From a virus (Duplodnaviria > Caudoviricetes), in the IMG/VR virus record IMGVR_UViG_2721755587_000002: DNA of 64,000 nt. One strand, given 5' to 3'. Below the pieces are notes generated by a model that saw nothing but the letters and a program-made list of their open reading frames with translations, was not told where the DNA came from and did not search any database. Position 1 is the stretch's first letter; every line of letters starts with the position of its first letter. A program made the position numbers and the translations under genes. Shown here in pieces: positions 26,705-35,924 of the stretch.

Positions 26705-27310
26705 ATGACCGAAGAACGCCTGTTCGATAGCTCTCACGCGGCGCTCGTGTTCGCGTTCAACTTTTCCGGGCAGCAGTACCAGGCGTCGGCGATGAACAAG
26801 GCCATGACGCCGCAGATCGGTTCCGGCAAGGGGCTCGTCGGGGTCGACGGCGCGGCGCAGGCCGGTATGATCCGTCGAGAATTGGGTACGCTGCCCGAGC
26901 TGCATCAGGCGGTGCTGACCGCGCGCGTGGCGCCGCGCGACGTGCCGTGCGAATGCACCCGGCCATGCTGCAGCGGGCGCCTGCCCAATGCCGAATGGAC
27001 CGACGCCATCGTTTGGCTGACCGAGCGCGCCATGCAGCAGCTGTCCGGCTCGTTCTCGCACTACCGCGTGCGTCGGTCGATCCTGGAAAAGATCTTCGGG
27101 GTGAAGGTCAACCTGGCCGACATCGCCGAGGCCTGCGGCGCGCACCGCAACACGGTCAGTGACCAGAACGCGAAGCTGAAGCTGTGGATCGAGGGCGAGA
27201 AGGGGCGTAAGGGGTTGAACGCGGCGCCGGGCGTTGAGGCGGTCGCCTGGATGGCCATTGATGGTCGCCTGAAGGCCGCGCGGATGGTCGGCGTCGAGGA
27301 AGCTGCGTAG
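26705..27310 (+). CDS. Late transcription regulator (antiterminator Q-like)
   Basis: Position, CECTRPCC motif and C-terminal HTH (LADIAEACGAHRNTV). Confidence 0.65.
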   Translation: MTEERLFDSSHAALVFAFNFSGQQYQASAMNKAMTPQIGSGKGLVGVDGAAQAGMIRRELGTLPELHQAVLTARVAPRDVPCECTRPCCSGRLPNAEWTDAIVWLTERAMQQLSGSFSHYRVRRSILEKIFGVKVNLADIAEACGAHRNTVSDQNAKLKLWIEGEKGRKGLNAAPGVEAVAWMAIDGRLKAARMVGVEEAA

Positions 27311-27320
27311 GAGATCGGCA

Positions 27321-27962
27321 ATGAAGGCGACCAAGGAAGAGCGCCGCGAGCGCGCACGGAAAAGACGTGAGGAATGGCAAGCTGAGCTTGCCCGGCTGCA
27401 CTCCAGACAGACGCAAAGCCAGGATAGCGCTGCGAGGGACCGCGCTCACGCGCGCAACAGGCAGTTGCTGGAAGCTGCTCAAGATCAGATGCGTGGCGGC
27501 GCGTTTCGGGCCTGGTATGAGGCCACGACGGGTGAGCCAGTAAGCGAATTCTTGGCCGATACGCTGCTCACCCCGGAGCAGTTTCTCGCGCGATTCGATG
27601 GCAGGATGCGCCAGCTTGAGTGGACGCAGATGCGAATCGAGCGTGTCGTGCAGGACAATCCGTGGACCAACCCGGAAACGAAGGGGCTGTGGGCCGAGCA
27701 GATTAGCTTGACGACCTCGCCGACCGAGCGCCGGCGGATCATCATGAGGTTGGCCACGCCGCGCTGGGCGAATAGGGAGGCGGTGACCGCCGTCTACCTG
27801 GAGCGCGAGCGCATGATCGTAGAGACCGGCATCCTTCATCAGGTCGACCATATCGTTCCGTTGGTGCATCCGCTGGTCTGCGGGCTTCACTGCGAGTACA
27901 ACCTGCGCGTCACCACGGCGTTCGAGAACCAGTCCAAGTCCAATTTTTTTGAGATTTCTTGA
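27321..27962 (+). CDS. HNH endonuclease
   Basis: HQVDHIVPL..CGLH..NLRV..ENQSKSN. Confidence 0.88.
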   Translation: MKATKEERRERARKRREEWQAELARLHSRQTQSQDSAARDRAHARNRQLLEAAQDQMRGGAFRAWYEATTGEPVSEFLADTLLTPEQFLARFDGRMRQLEWTQMRIERVVQDNPWTNPETKGLWAEQISLTTSPTERRRIIMRLATPRWANREAVTAVYLERERMIVETGILHQVDHIVPLVHPLVCGLHCEYNLRVTTAFENQSKSNFFEIS

Positions 27963-28020
27963 CTTATTTCGAGGTCTGCACAAAAATGGCCTCTATTCGA
28001 TACACCTGCGAATTACGTCC

Positions 28021-28050
28021 AAAGCCCGCGCAAGCGGGCTTTTTGCTTTT
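28021..28050 (+). terminator. Intrinsic terminator (tR'-like), just downstream of a TTGACT -35 at 27959
   Basis: AAAGCCCGC-GCAA-GCGGGCTTT followed by a T-rich tail. Confidence 0.8.
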
Positions 28051-28109
28051 CAGAGCCCGCCAGGTTCTCGCCTCGCGGGTCTTTTGCTTTGGGCGTTTCG
28101 GCGTACTTG

Positions 28110-28298
28110 CTACGCGAAATCGCCAAAGCGATCTGGGTCGTCTGGCATCGTCCACTTGATGGATTCTTCTTTGATGTCTACCGCCTTTTTCGGTGGGGGC
28201 AATGTCGTATGTGGTGCGAACGCTAAAACTAGCGCGGACTGTGGCACGTCGAGAACTTCCTCGCCGTCTTCGGACCAGCACCTGAGACTGACAGCCAT
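28110..28298 (-). CDS. Hypothetical protein (counter-oriented)
   Basis: GGAGG SD. Confidence 0.6.
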   Translation of the reverse strand: MAVSLRCWSEDGEEVLDVPQSALVLAFAPHTTLPPPKKAVDIKEESIKWTMPDDPDRFGDFA

Positions 28299-28327
28299 GT
28301 GAGCCTCCGGTAAGTGATTCCAGAAAT

Positions 28328-28700
28328 CCCTACTGCATTGGAAATGCAGAGGGGGCGAACTCCTACCTTAGGCCGACTCTATGACAGTTTGCTGACGTCA
28401 TTGACGACAGGAAACGGGATGCAACTCTGGGGCCAGCCATGTTCCTGCCGACCTACTGTTTCCTGCTGTGGGGTGTCTGGTTTCAGGCGCGCTGGCCACA
28501 GCCCCCTCACGCAGGCCGGTTGCCGGGACTCTCCCCGAGTCGCGAAAAACTGGTAGCCGGCCTGACGTGAGGGCGTAATGTTCTGCCAGGGAATCATTAG
28601 ATTCCTGGTGCCGATAGGGTGCCAAATACGGCACAGCCCAACTAGTGTCTCCTCCACCCACCCCGTGGTGGATTGCCCGGCCTCCCGCCGGGCTATTTTC
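28328..28700 (+). ncRNA. Putative large structured non-coding RNA in the late leader
   Basis: At least eight stems, several needing G-U pairs that work only on the plus strand; ends in a terminator-like hairpin at 28675-700. Confidence 0.55.
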
Positions 28701-28728
28701 TTCCCTGTCCCGCGCATTGTTGTCGTCT

Positions 28729-30111
28729 ATGAAAACATCCAACCAGCTCGCCATCGCCTACCGCGCGGCGGCGGACCTGGTCCGGTACGACAGGAATGCG
28801 CGGACGCACAGCGCCGCCCAGATCGAGCAGATCAAGACTTCACTGCGGCGCTTCGGCTGGACGAACCCGGCGCTGGTCGCCGGCGAAGACCTGCTGGCCG
28901 GCCACGGCCGCATCGAGGCGGCCACGCAGATGTGGGCGGCTGGCGAGACGATTGCGAATTGCCCTGTGCCCGGCCAGGTGCCCACGGTCGACCTGTCGCA
29001 CCTGTCGGCGGACGAGCGGCGAGCTTACATTTTGGCCGACAACAAGCTGGCCGAGAACGCCGGCTGGGATGTGGACCTGCTGGCGATCGAGCTGGCCGAC
29101 CTGCGCGACGCGGACTTCGACCTATCGGTGATCGGCTTCGACGCTGGCGAGCTGGCCGAGCTGCTGGACCCGCCGCAACCTGGTCCACCTGGTGGTGGCG
29201 CCGGCTCGCTGGCCGAGCAGTTCATGGTGCCCCCGTTCAGCACGCTCAACGCGCGCGACGCCGCGTGGCAGGACCGCAAGAAGGCCTGGCTGGCGCTGGG
29301 CATCCAGTCGGAGCTGGGCCGCGACGCGCCGGCGTTTTCTTCGGCGTCCGACCAGCAGAAGGCGGATCGCGGCGCGCCGGCGCAACACCGCACCAGCATC
29401 TTCGACCCGGTGCTGTGCGAGCTGGCGTATCGCTGGTTCTGCCCGGCTGACGGCCTGGTGCTCGACCCGTTCGCGGGCGGCAGCGTACGCGGCATCGTCG
29501 CGGCGCGCCTGGGGCGGCAGTACGTCGGCATGGAGCTGCGCGCCGAGCAGGTGCAGGCCAACCGGGCGCAGCTGGATCTGCTGCGCGCTGACGACCCCGC
29601 CCCAGCCTGGCACGTGGGCGACAGCCGCAAGATCGGCCAGCACCTGGCGGATGTCGAAGCCGATTTCGTGTTCTCGTGCCCGCCGTACGCCAACCTGGAG
29701 CGCTACTCGGACGACCCGGCGGACCTGTCCACGATGGACTATCCGGCCTTCCTGACCGCTTACCGTGAGGTGATCTCCGGCGCGGTGGGGCAGCTCAAGC
29801 CCGACCGCTTCGCCTGCTTTGTGGTCGGCGACGTACGCGAGAAGCGCGGTACCGGCTGCTACCGCAACTTCGTGGCCGACACCATCGAGGCGTTTCTGGA
29901 CGCTGGCACGGAGCTGTACAACCACGCGGTGCTGCTGACCGCGCTGGGCAGCCTGCCCATCCGCGCCGGCAAGCAGTTCAGCGCCAGTCGGAAGCTCGGC
30001 ACGGCGCACCAGCATGTGCTGGTGTTCGTGAAGGGCGACTGGAAGCGGGCGGTGGCCGCGTGCGGTGAGGTGGACGTGTCGGATGACCTATTCCCCGAGG
30101 CGGAGGAATAA
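28729..30111 (+). CDS. ParB-like N-terminal domain fused to an amino (N4C/N6A) DNA methyltransferase
   Basis: NARTHS..FGWTNP..AGHGR..ILADNKLAENAGWD; VLDPFAGG; SCPPY. Confidence 0.9.
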   Translation: MKTSNQLAIAYRAAADLVRYDRNARTHSAAQIEQIKTSLRRFGWTNPALVAGEDLLAGHGRIEAATQMWAAGETIANCPVPGQVPTVDLSHLSADERRAYILADNKLAENAGWDVDLLAIELADLRDADFDLSVIGFDAGELAELLDPPQPGPPGGGAGSLAEQFMVPPFSTLNARDAAWQDRKKAWLALGIQSELGRDAPAFSSASDQQKADRGAPAQHRTSIFDPVLCELAYRWFCPADGLVLDPFAGGSVRGIVAARLGRQYVGMELRAEQVQANRAQLDLLRADDPAPAWHVGDSRKIGQHLADVEADFVFSCPPYANLERYSDDPADLSTMDYPAFLTAYREVISGAVGQLKPDRFACFVVGDVREKRGTGCYRNFVADTIEAFLDAGTELYNHAVLLTALGSLPIRAGKQFSASRKLGTAHQHVLVFVKGDWKRAVAACGEVDVSDDLFPEAEE

Positions 30112-30139
30112 AACGTAGCGCCCAGGGACGCGAAGCTCC

Positions 30140-30538
30140 ATGGCAGGACGCAAACCTTTCGTGCCGACGGCGGCAGACCGCAAGTTGGTCGAAAGCGCCG
30201 CGGCCTTCGGCATCCCGCAGGATGAGATCGCTCGGCTGATCACCAACCCGCAGACGGGCAAGCCGCTGGCGGCCGTGTCCCTGCGCAAACATTTCCGCAT
30301 CGAGCTGGAAACTGGTGCGACGAAGGCCAACATTGCGGTGGCGAACGCGCTCTTCCGCGCGGCCACGGGCAGCGGCAAGGGCGCCGTGACGGCGGCTATC
30401 TGGTGGACAAAGTCGCGGATGCGCTGGCGCGGCGACGGAACGGACCCCGAGGACGAGACCCCGCCGGCGGCGCAGACGTTCACCTTTGTGGTGAAGGACG
30501 CGCGGCGCCCTGCAACCGACCCCGATGGCAGCGAATAG
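30140..30538 (+). CDS. terS: Terminase small subunit
   Basis: Position; GIPQDEIA..LRKHFRIEL..AAIWWTK. Confidence 0.85.
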   Translation: MAGRKPFVPTAADRKLVESAAAFGIPQDEIARLITNPQTGKPLAAVSLRKHFRIELETGATKANIAVANALFRAATGSGKGAVTAAIWWTKSRMRWRGDGTDPEDETPPAAQTFTFVVKDARRPATDPDGSE

Positions 30539-31811
30539 CCCCTCCCTGAACGTCCCGCAGGCTGCCTTCCTGCAGATGCCGCACAAGTTCCGGGCCTACG
30601 TGGCCGGGTTCGGGTCCGGCAAGACGTGGGTGGGCTGCACCAGTATTTGCCAGCATTTCTGGCGGTGGCCGAAGATCAACCAGGGCTACTTCGCGCCGAC
30701 CTACCCGCAGATCCGCGACATCTTCTATCCCACGATGGAGGAGGTGGCAGCCACGATGGGCCTGCGGGTCAAGATCAACCAGAGCAACCACGAAGTCCAC
30801 GTCTACGAGGGGCGGCGGTACCGCGGCACGATCATCTGCCGCTCGATGGAGAAGCCCGAGACCATCGTGGGCTTCAAGATCGGCCACGCGCTGATCGACG
30901 AGCTGGACGTGATGAACCCCATCAAGGCCCAGACGGCCTGGCGGAAGATCATCGCGCGCATGCGCTACAAGGTCGAGGGGCTGCGCAACGGCATCGATGT
31001 GACGACGACCCCCGAGGGGTTCAAGTTCGTCTACCAGCAGTTCGTCAAGGCCATCACGGAGAAGCCGTCGCTGGAAAGCCTGTATGGGCTGATCCAGGCC
31101 AGTACGTTCGACAACGAGCTGAACCTGCCGGACGACTACATCCCGTCGCTGCGCGAGAGCTATCCGCCGCAGCTGATCGAGGCGTACCTGCGCGGGAAGT
31201 TCGTCAACCTCGCAGCCGGGTCGGTGTATCCGAACTTCAGCCGGAAGCTGAACCACACCGACGACGCCATGGCGGCCGGCGAGCCGCTGCACGTCGGCAT
31301 GGACTTCAACGTGCTGAAGATGGCATCGGTGATCTACGTGGTGCGCGACGGCACGCCGCGCGCGGTTGGCGAGCTGACCAAGGTGCGGGACACGCCCGAG
31401 ATGGCGCGGATGCTGAAGGAGCGGTTCAAGGACAAGGGCCATGCCGTCTTGATCTATCCCGACGCGAGCGGCCAGAACACCAGCAGCAAGAGCGCTAGCG
31501 AGTCGGACCTGTCGATCCTCCGGGGCGCCGGGTTCCAACTGCAGGTCAACTCGACGAACCCAGCCGTGAAGGACCGGGTGAACGCCGTCAACGCCCTGAT
31601 CCTGAACGACAAGGGCGAGCGCCGGCTGAAGGTCAATACGCACCTGTGCCCGGAGTTCACCGAGGCGCTCGAACAGCAGCCTTACGACAAGAACGGCGAG
31701 CCGGACAAGTCAACCGGCCACGACCACGTCAACGATGCCGGCGGCTACCCGCTGGTGAAGCTGTGGCCGATCGTGAAGCGCGCCGCGACCGTCCGCCCCG
31801 TGAACATGTAG
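30525..31811 (+). CDS. terL: Terminase large subunit
   Basis: Walker A AGFGSGKT, Walker B ALIDE, TTTP, RNase H GMDFN and DHVNDA. Confidence 0.95.
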   Translation: MAANSPSLNVPQAAFLQMPHKFRAYVAGFGSGKTWVGCTSICQHFWRWPKINQGYFAPTYPQIRDIFYPTMEEVAATMGLRVKINQSNHEVHVYEGRRYRGTIICRSMEKPETIVGFKIGHALIDELDVMNPIKAQTAWRKIIARMRYKVEGLRNGIDVTTTPEGFKFVYQQFVKAITEKPSLESLYGLIQASTFDNELNLPDDYIPSLRESYPPQLIEAYLRGKFVNLAAGSVYPNFSRKLNHTDDAMAAGEPLHVGMDFNVLKMASVIYVVRDGTPRAVGELTKVRDTPEMARMLKERFKDKGHAVLIYPDASGQNTSSKSASESDLSILRGAGFQLQVNSTNPAVKDRVNAVNALILNDKGERRLKVNTHLCPEFTEALEQQPYDKNGEPDKSTGHDHVNDAGGYPLVKLWPIVKRAATVRPVNM

Positions 31812-31838
31812 GCGGCGCACATCATCGAGCAACCTGGC

Positions 31839-33224
31839 ATGACATCGACCGTCCGAGAGCAAACAGCCGCCGTCAAGGCGATGGCGGAGAACTATCCGCT
31901 CATCACCGCGTTACTGGGCGGCACGACGGCCATGCGCGCGGCCGGCATCAAACACCTTCCGCAGTGGCCCAATGAGACTGCCGATGCGTACAAGGCACGC
32001 CTGGCTTCGGCCACGCTGTTTCCTGCCTTTGGCCGCACGTGCGAGGTGTTGACCGGCAAGCCGTTTTCGAAGCCGATTACGGTTGGCAAGGATGTGCCGG
32101 GGCGCATCGCCAATTGGTGCGAGAACATCGACCTGCAGGGCCACAATCTGCACGCGTTCGCTGCGGCGGTGTGCTTTCACGCCATTTCCTATGGCCTGTG
32201 CGGCATCCTGGTCGACTTCCCCAATGCCGGCGGCATTCGCACGAAGGCCGAGGAAGAGGCCGCCGGCGTGCGTCCGTACTTCGTTCACATCCACGCGCAG
32301 AGCATCCTGGGTTGGCGTGCGCAGCGGATCAACGGGGTTCAGACGCTGACGCAATTGCGGTTCTTGGAGACGGTTTCCGAGCCGGACGGCCCATTCGGCG
32401 AACGGGAGATTGAGCAGGTTCGCGTGCTGTACCCCGGGCGCTGGGAGGTGTGGCGCGAGGCTGAGAAGGCAAACTCGGCGGAAAAGGAGTGGATCCTTCA
32501 CGACGAAGGCACCACGACGCTGCGGAAGATCCCGTTCGTGCCGGTCTATGGTCGGCGCATTGGATTCATGCAGGGCGTTCCGCCGCTTGTCGAACTGGCA
32601 CACATGAACGTCGAGCACTGGCAGTCGAAGAGCGATCAGCAGACGATTCTGCACGTCGCGCGCGTGCCAATCCTGTTCGCGAAATTGCTGGGGGATTCGC
32701 CGATCACAGTGGGTGCATCGTCTGCGGTCAATGCCGACCATCCGGATGCGGACCTTCGGTTTGTCGAGCACGGCGGCAAGGCGATCGAGGCGGGCAGCAG
32801 GGAGTTGGCGGCGCTGGAAGACCGGATGCGCCAAGTCGGTGCCGAGCTGCTGGTGATCAAGCCAGGCAATCTTACCGTTGCGCAGACCGTCTCCGACAAC
32901 GAAGCCGGCATGTGCACGCTGCAGCGGATCATCCAGGACGAAGAGGACGCGATCGACGCGGCCCTGCAGCTGGCTGCCGAGTGGGTGAAGGAGCCCGAGG
33001 GCGGCCACATCCAGATCTTCAACGATTTCGGCGTGGCGTCGCTGGCGGAGGCCTCGATGGAGATTCTGCGCGATATGAACGTCGACGGCACCTTCTCCGA
33101 CGAGTCGCTGTTCAACGAAGCGAAGCGGCGCGGCCTCGTTAGCCCGGAACTGACCTGGGAAGACGAGAAGAAGCGCATCGCGCTGAACGCCCCCAAGCCC
33201 GGGAAAGCGAACATCAACGACTAA
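31839..33224 (+). CDS. Portal protein (DUF4055 type)
   Basis: LLGGTTAMRAAG..YKARL..IPFV..PPLVELAHMNVEHWQ; follows terL. Confidence 0.9.
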   Translation: MTSTVREQTAAVKAMAENYPLITALLGGTTAMRAAGIKHLPQWPNETADAYKARLASATLFPAFGRTCEVLTGKPFSKPITVGKDVPGRIANWCENIDLQGHNLHAFAAAVCFHAISYGLCGILVDFPNAGGIRTKAEEEAAGVRPYFVHIHAQSILGWRAQRINGVQTLTQLRFLETVSEPDGPFGEREIEQVRVLYPGRWEVWREAEKANSAEKEWILHDEGTTTLRKIPFVPVYGRRIGFMQGVPPLVELAHMNVEHWQSKSDQQTILHVARVPILFAKLLGDSPITVGASSAVNADHPDADLRFVEHGGKAIEAGSRELAALEDRMRQVGAELLVIKPGNLTVAQTVSDNEAGMCTLQRIIQDEEDAIDAALQLAAEWVKEPEGGHIQIFNDFGVASLAEASMEILRDMNVDGTFSDESLFNEAKRRGLVSPELTWEDEKKRIALNAPKPGKANIND

Positions 33225-33244
33225 GCGAACCAAATTCTTTTCTC

Positions 33245-33284
33245 CAGCCGCACGGCCTCTTCGGGGCCCGCGGCTGCTTTTTTT
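33245..33284 (+). terminator. Intrinsic terminator after the portal gene
   Basis: CAGCCGC..GGCCTC-TTCG-GGGCC..GCGGCTG followed by T7. Confidence 0.75.
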
Positions 33285-33290
33285 GCCGGC

Positions 33291-33347
33291 CCGCGGATGC
33301 GGAACGGCGCGTGGGTCGGATGACCCGGTTCACTGGCTGGATAGCCA
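33291..33347 (+). promoter_or_regulatory. Three tandem GGAU-loop hairpins before the scaffold RBS
   Basis: CCGC-GGAT-GCGG, GGGTC-GGAT-GACCC, TGGCT-GGAT-AGCCA. Confidence 0.65.
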
Positions 33348-33352
33348 AAGGA

Positions 33353-34156
33353 ATGAACGTGAAGCTGAAGATCGATGAACATGGCCACGTCGTGGTCCAG
33401 GACGGCAAGCCGGTCTATGTGCATGACGATGGCAAGGAAATCGCTTTCGATGCCCCGGGCACCGTGGCAACGATCTCGCGCCTGAACGGCGAGGCGAAGT
33501 CGCATCGTGAGCGCGCGGAGGCCGCCGAGGGCCGGGCAAAGCTGTTCGAGGGCATCGAGGATGCCGACGCTGCCCGCAAGGCGCTCGAAACCGTCCGCAA
33601 CATCAAGGACGGCGACCTCATCACGGCCGGCAAGGTCGAGGAAATCAAGGCGGCCGCCAAGCGCGCCGCTGAAGAGCAGGTCGCCGCCGCCAGTAAGTCG
33701 CACGTCGAAGAGCTCGCGCGAGTAAAGACTGAGCGCGACACCCTCCAGAGCACGCTCTACGACGAGCGCATCGGCGGCAGTTTCGACCGATCGAAGTTCA
33801 TCGCCGAAAAGCTGGCCATTCCCGGCGACATCGCCAAGGCCGCCTTCGGCAAGGCCTTCAAGATCGAAGACGGCAAGACGGTTGCCTATGACGCGACCGG
33901 CAACAAGATTTTCTCCCGCGTTCGCCCCGGTGACCTGGCCGACTTCGACGAGGCACTGGAAACGCTCGTCGAGAACTACCCGCATCGCGACCAGATCCTG
34001 AAGGGGTCTGGCGCCAGCGGTGGCGGTGCGAGCGGTGGCGGCTCGTCTGGCGGCAAGCGCGCCTACACCCGGGCCGAGTTCAACACCTTCGAGCCGAGCA
34101 AGCAGGCCGCGGTCTCCGCGGATGTTCGCGCCGGCAAAGCCACCCTCAACGACTAA
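33353..34156 (+). CDS. Capsid scaffolding protein (DUF6651-like)
   Basis: KLKIDEHGHVVVQDGKPVYVHDDGKE; helical; precedes the coat gene; start 33353 or 33359. Confidence 0.85.
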   Translation: MNVKLKIDEHGHVVVQDGKPVYVHDDGKEIAFDAPGTVATISRLNGEAKSHRERAEAAEGRAKLFEGIEDADAARKALETVRNIKDGDLITAGKVEEIKAAAKRAAEEQVAAASKSHVEELARVKTERDTLQSTLYDERIGGSFDRSKFIAEKLAIPGDIAKAAFGKAFKIEDGKTVAYDATGNKIFSRVRPGDLADFDEALETLVENYPHRDQILKGSGASGGGASGGGSSGGKRAYTRAEFNTFEPSKQAAVSADVRAGKATLND

Positions 34157-34208
34157 GCAGTGGCGGCCCTTCCGGGGTCGCTCTGCGGGTCACGCGGTAT
34201 CTAGCCAA

Positions 34209-34246
34209 GCCCTGGATGGGGCACGGCGCTATGGGCTGGATGGCCC
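34209..34246 (+). promoter_or_regulatory. Two GGAU-loop hairpins in the coat gene leader
   Basis: GCCCT-GGAT-GGGGC, GGGCT-GGAT-GGCCC. Confidence 0.6.
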
Positions 34247-34291
34247 GATCAATCCCAAATCGTACCCACCACCCATATTTGGAGTATCCAA

Positions 34292-35458
34292 GTGGCAAAC
34301 ACCCTGACTGGCCTTATCCCGACGATCTACGAGGCACTCGACGTGGTGTCTCGCGAGCAGGTCGGCTTCATTCCCGCGGTGTCGCGCAACAGCAGCGGCG
34401 AGCGCGCTGCGCTGAACCAGACGATCATGATTCCGATCGCGCCCCCGGGCACGATGGCCGACAACACGCCGGCTGTGACCGCCCCGAACACCGGCGACTC
34501 GAACATCGGCAACGTGTCGATGACGATCAGTAAGTCCAAGCACGTCCCGATTCGCTGGAACGGCGAAGAGCAGCGCGGCATGATCAATGCCGGCAGCTAC
34601 GGCGGCGTCCTGATGAACCAGTTCGCGCAGGCCTTCCGTACGCTGTGCAACGCGATCGAGGTCGATCTGTTCACGACCACGTACCAGAACGCCTCGCGCG
34701 CCTACGGCACGCCCGGCACGGCGCCCTTCGGTACCGCCGGCGACCTGTCGGACATCGCCCAGCAACGCAAGATCCTGGACGACAATGGCGCGCCGCAGAC
34801 CGATCTGCAGCTGGTACTCGGCTCGGCGGCGATCGCCAACCTGCGCGGCAAGCAGAACGTGCTGTTCAAGGTGAACGAAGCCGGCACCGACGACCTGCTG
34901 CGCCGCGGCATCATCGGCGAGTTGGAAGGCCAGATGCTGCACAACTCGAATGCCGTTCAGGCGGTGACCAAGGGCACCGGCGCAAGCTACACCACCGACA
35001 CGGCTGGCTACGCGGTCGGCGCCACGGTGGTCAACCTGATCACCGGCACCGGCACCGTGCTGGCTGGCGACACGGTGACCTTTGCGGGCGACACCAACAA
35101 GTATGTGGTGGTGACCGGCGTTGCGGCCCCGGGCGCGATCACGCTGGCGGCGCCTGGCCTGAAGCAGGCTATTGCTGGGTCCGCCACCGCCGTGACCGTG
35201 GGTGCCAGCGCGACGCCGAACGTTGGCTTCAGCCGCTCCGCCGTGCAGCTGATCACCCGCGCCCCGGCCATGCCGGTTGGTCCAGATGGCAAGCCGATGG
35301 ATATGGCCGATGACATGGCGCAGGTCACGGACCCGGTCTCGGGCCTGGTCTTCGACGTCGCCGTGTATCGCCAGTTCATGCAGCTCGTGTACCACGTGCG
35401 TCTGGCCTGGGGCACGCAGGCCATCAAGAGTAACCACATCGCCGTGCTGCTCGGCTAA
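34292..35458 (+). CDS. Major capsid protein (P22 coat family)
   Basis: MANTLTGLIPTIYEALDVVSRE..; GGAG SD with GTG start. Confidence 0.92.
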   Translation: MANTLTGLIPTIYEALDVVSREQVGFIPAVSRNSSGERAALNQTIMIPIAPPGTMADNTPAVTAPNTGDSNIGNVSMTISKSKHVPIRWNGEEQRGMINAGSYGGVLMNQFAQAFRTLCNAIEVDLFTTTYQNASRAYGTPGTAPFGTAGDLSDIAQQRKILDDNGAPQTDLQLVLGSAAIANLRGKQNVLFKVNEAGTDDLLRRGIIGELEGQMLHNSNAVQAVTKGTGASYTTDTAGYAVGATVVNLITGTGTVLAGDTVTFAGDTNKYVVVTGVAAPGAITLAAPGLKQAIAGSATAVTVGASATPNVGFSRSAVQLITRAPAMPVGPDGKPMDMADDMAQVTDPVSGLVFDVAVYRQFMQLVYHVRLAWGTQAIKSNHIAVLLG

Positions 35459-35510
35459 ACGCCGCGGGGCGGCGCAGTGCCGGTCGCCCCGGCTTCCAAA
35501 AGGAACCACC

Positions 35511-35921
35511 ATGCAATGTGAAACCGTCAAGGTCGTTTCCCCGGTGTCCGAGGGGAACCCGCTGGGCTTCATCGTCATCAACAAGTCCGATCTGACCGAC
35601 GAGCACGAGCTGTTCGACGAGGATGGCCGACGCCCAGTGGCCACGCGAGCCGATCTCGATGCGGCACTGGCCAGTCTGCCTGGCGAGTACACCGACGCGG
35701 AATATGTGGTGACGCAGATGCGCGCCTACTTCGGTGGCCTTTTCACTGCCGACGACGAAAGCCACGTGCGCTCGCTGGTCAAGTCGAAGGACAAGAGCCA
35801 GTCCGGTGCTCTGAACGTTGAGCAGCTCAAGGCCGCGCTGACCGAGAAGGCCATCGAGATCCCGGACGGCGCCAAGAAGGCGGACCTGCAGGCCCTGCTG
35901 GACGCATCGAATCAGGGGTAA
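35511..35921 (+). CDS. Head-associated protein with a C-terminal HeH/LEM-like motif
   Basis: GFIVINKSD; LNVEQLKAALTEKAIEIPDGAKKADLQALL. Confidence 0.75.
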   Translation: MQCETVKVVSPVSEGNPLGFIVINKSDLTDEHELFDEDGRRPVATRADLDAALASLPGEYTDAEYVVTQMRAYFGGLFTADDESHVRSLVKSKDKSQSGALNVEQLKAALTEKAIEIPDGAKKADLQALLDASNQG

Positions 35922-35924
35922 CCG

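Noticed and set aside
28427-28502. HDV-like ribozyme suggested by GGCCAGC...GCTGGCC
   Set aside because: No matching P3/L3, no GG after P1 and no J4/2 catalytic strand could be built.
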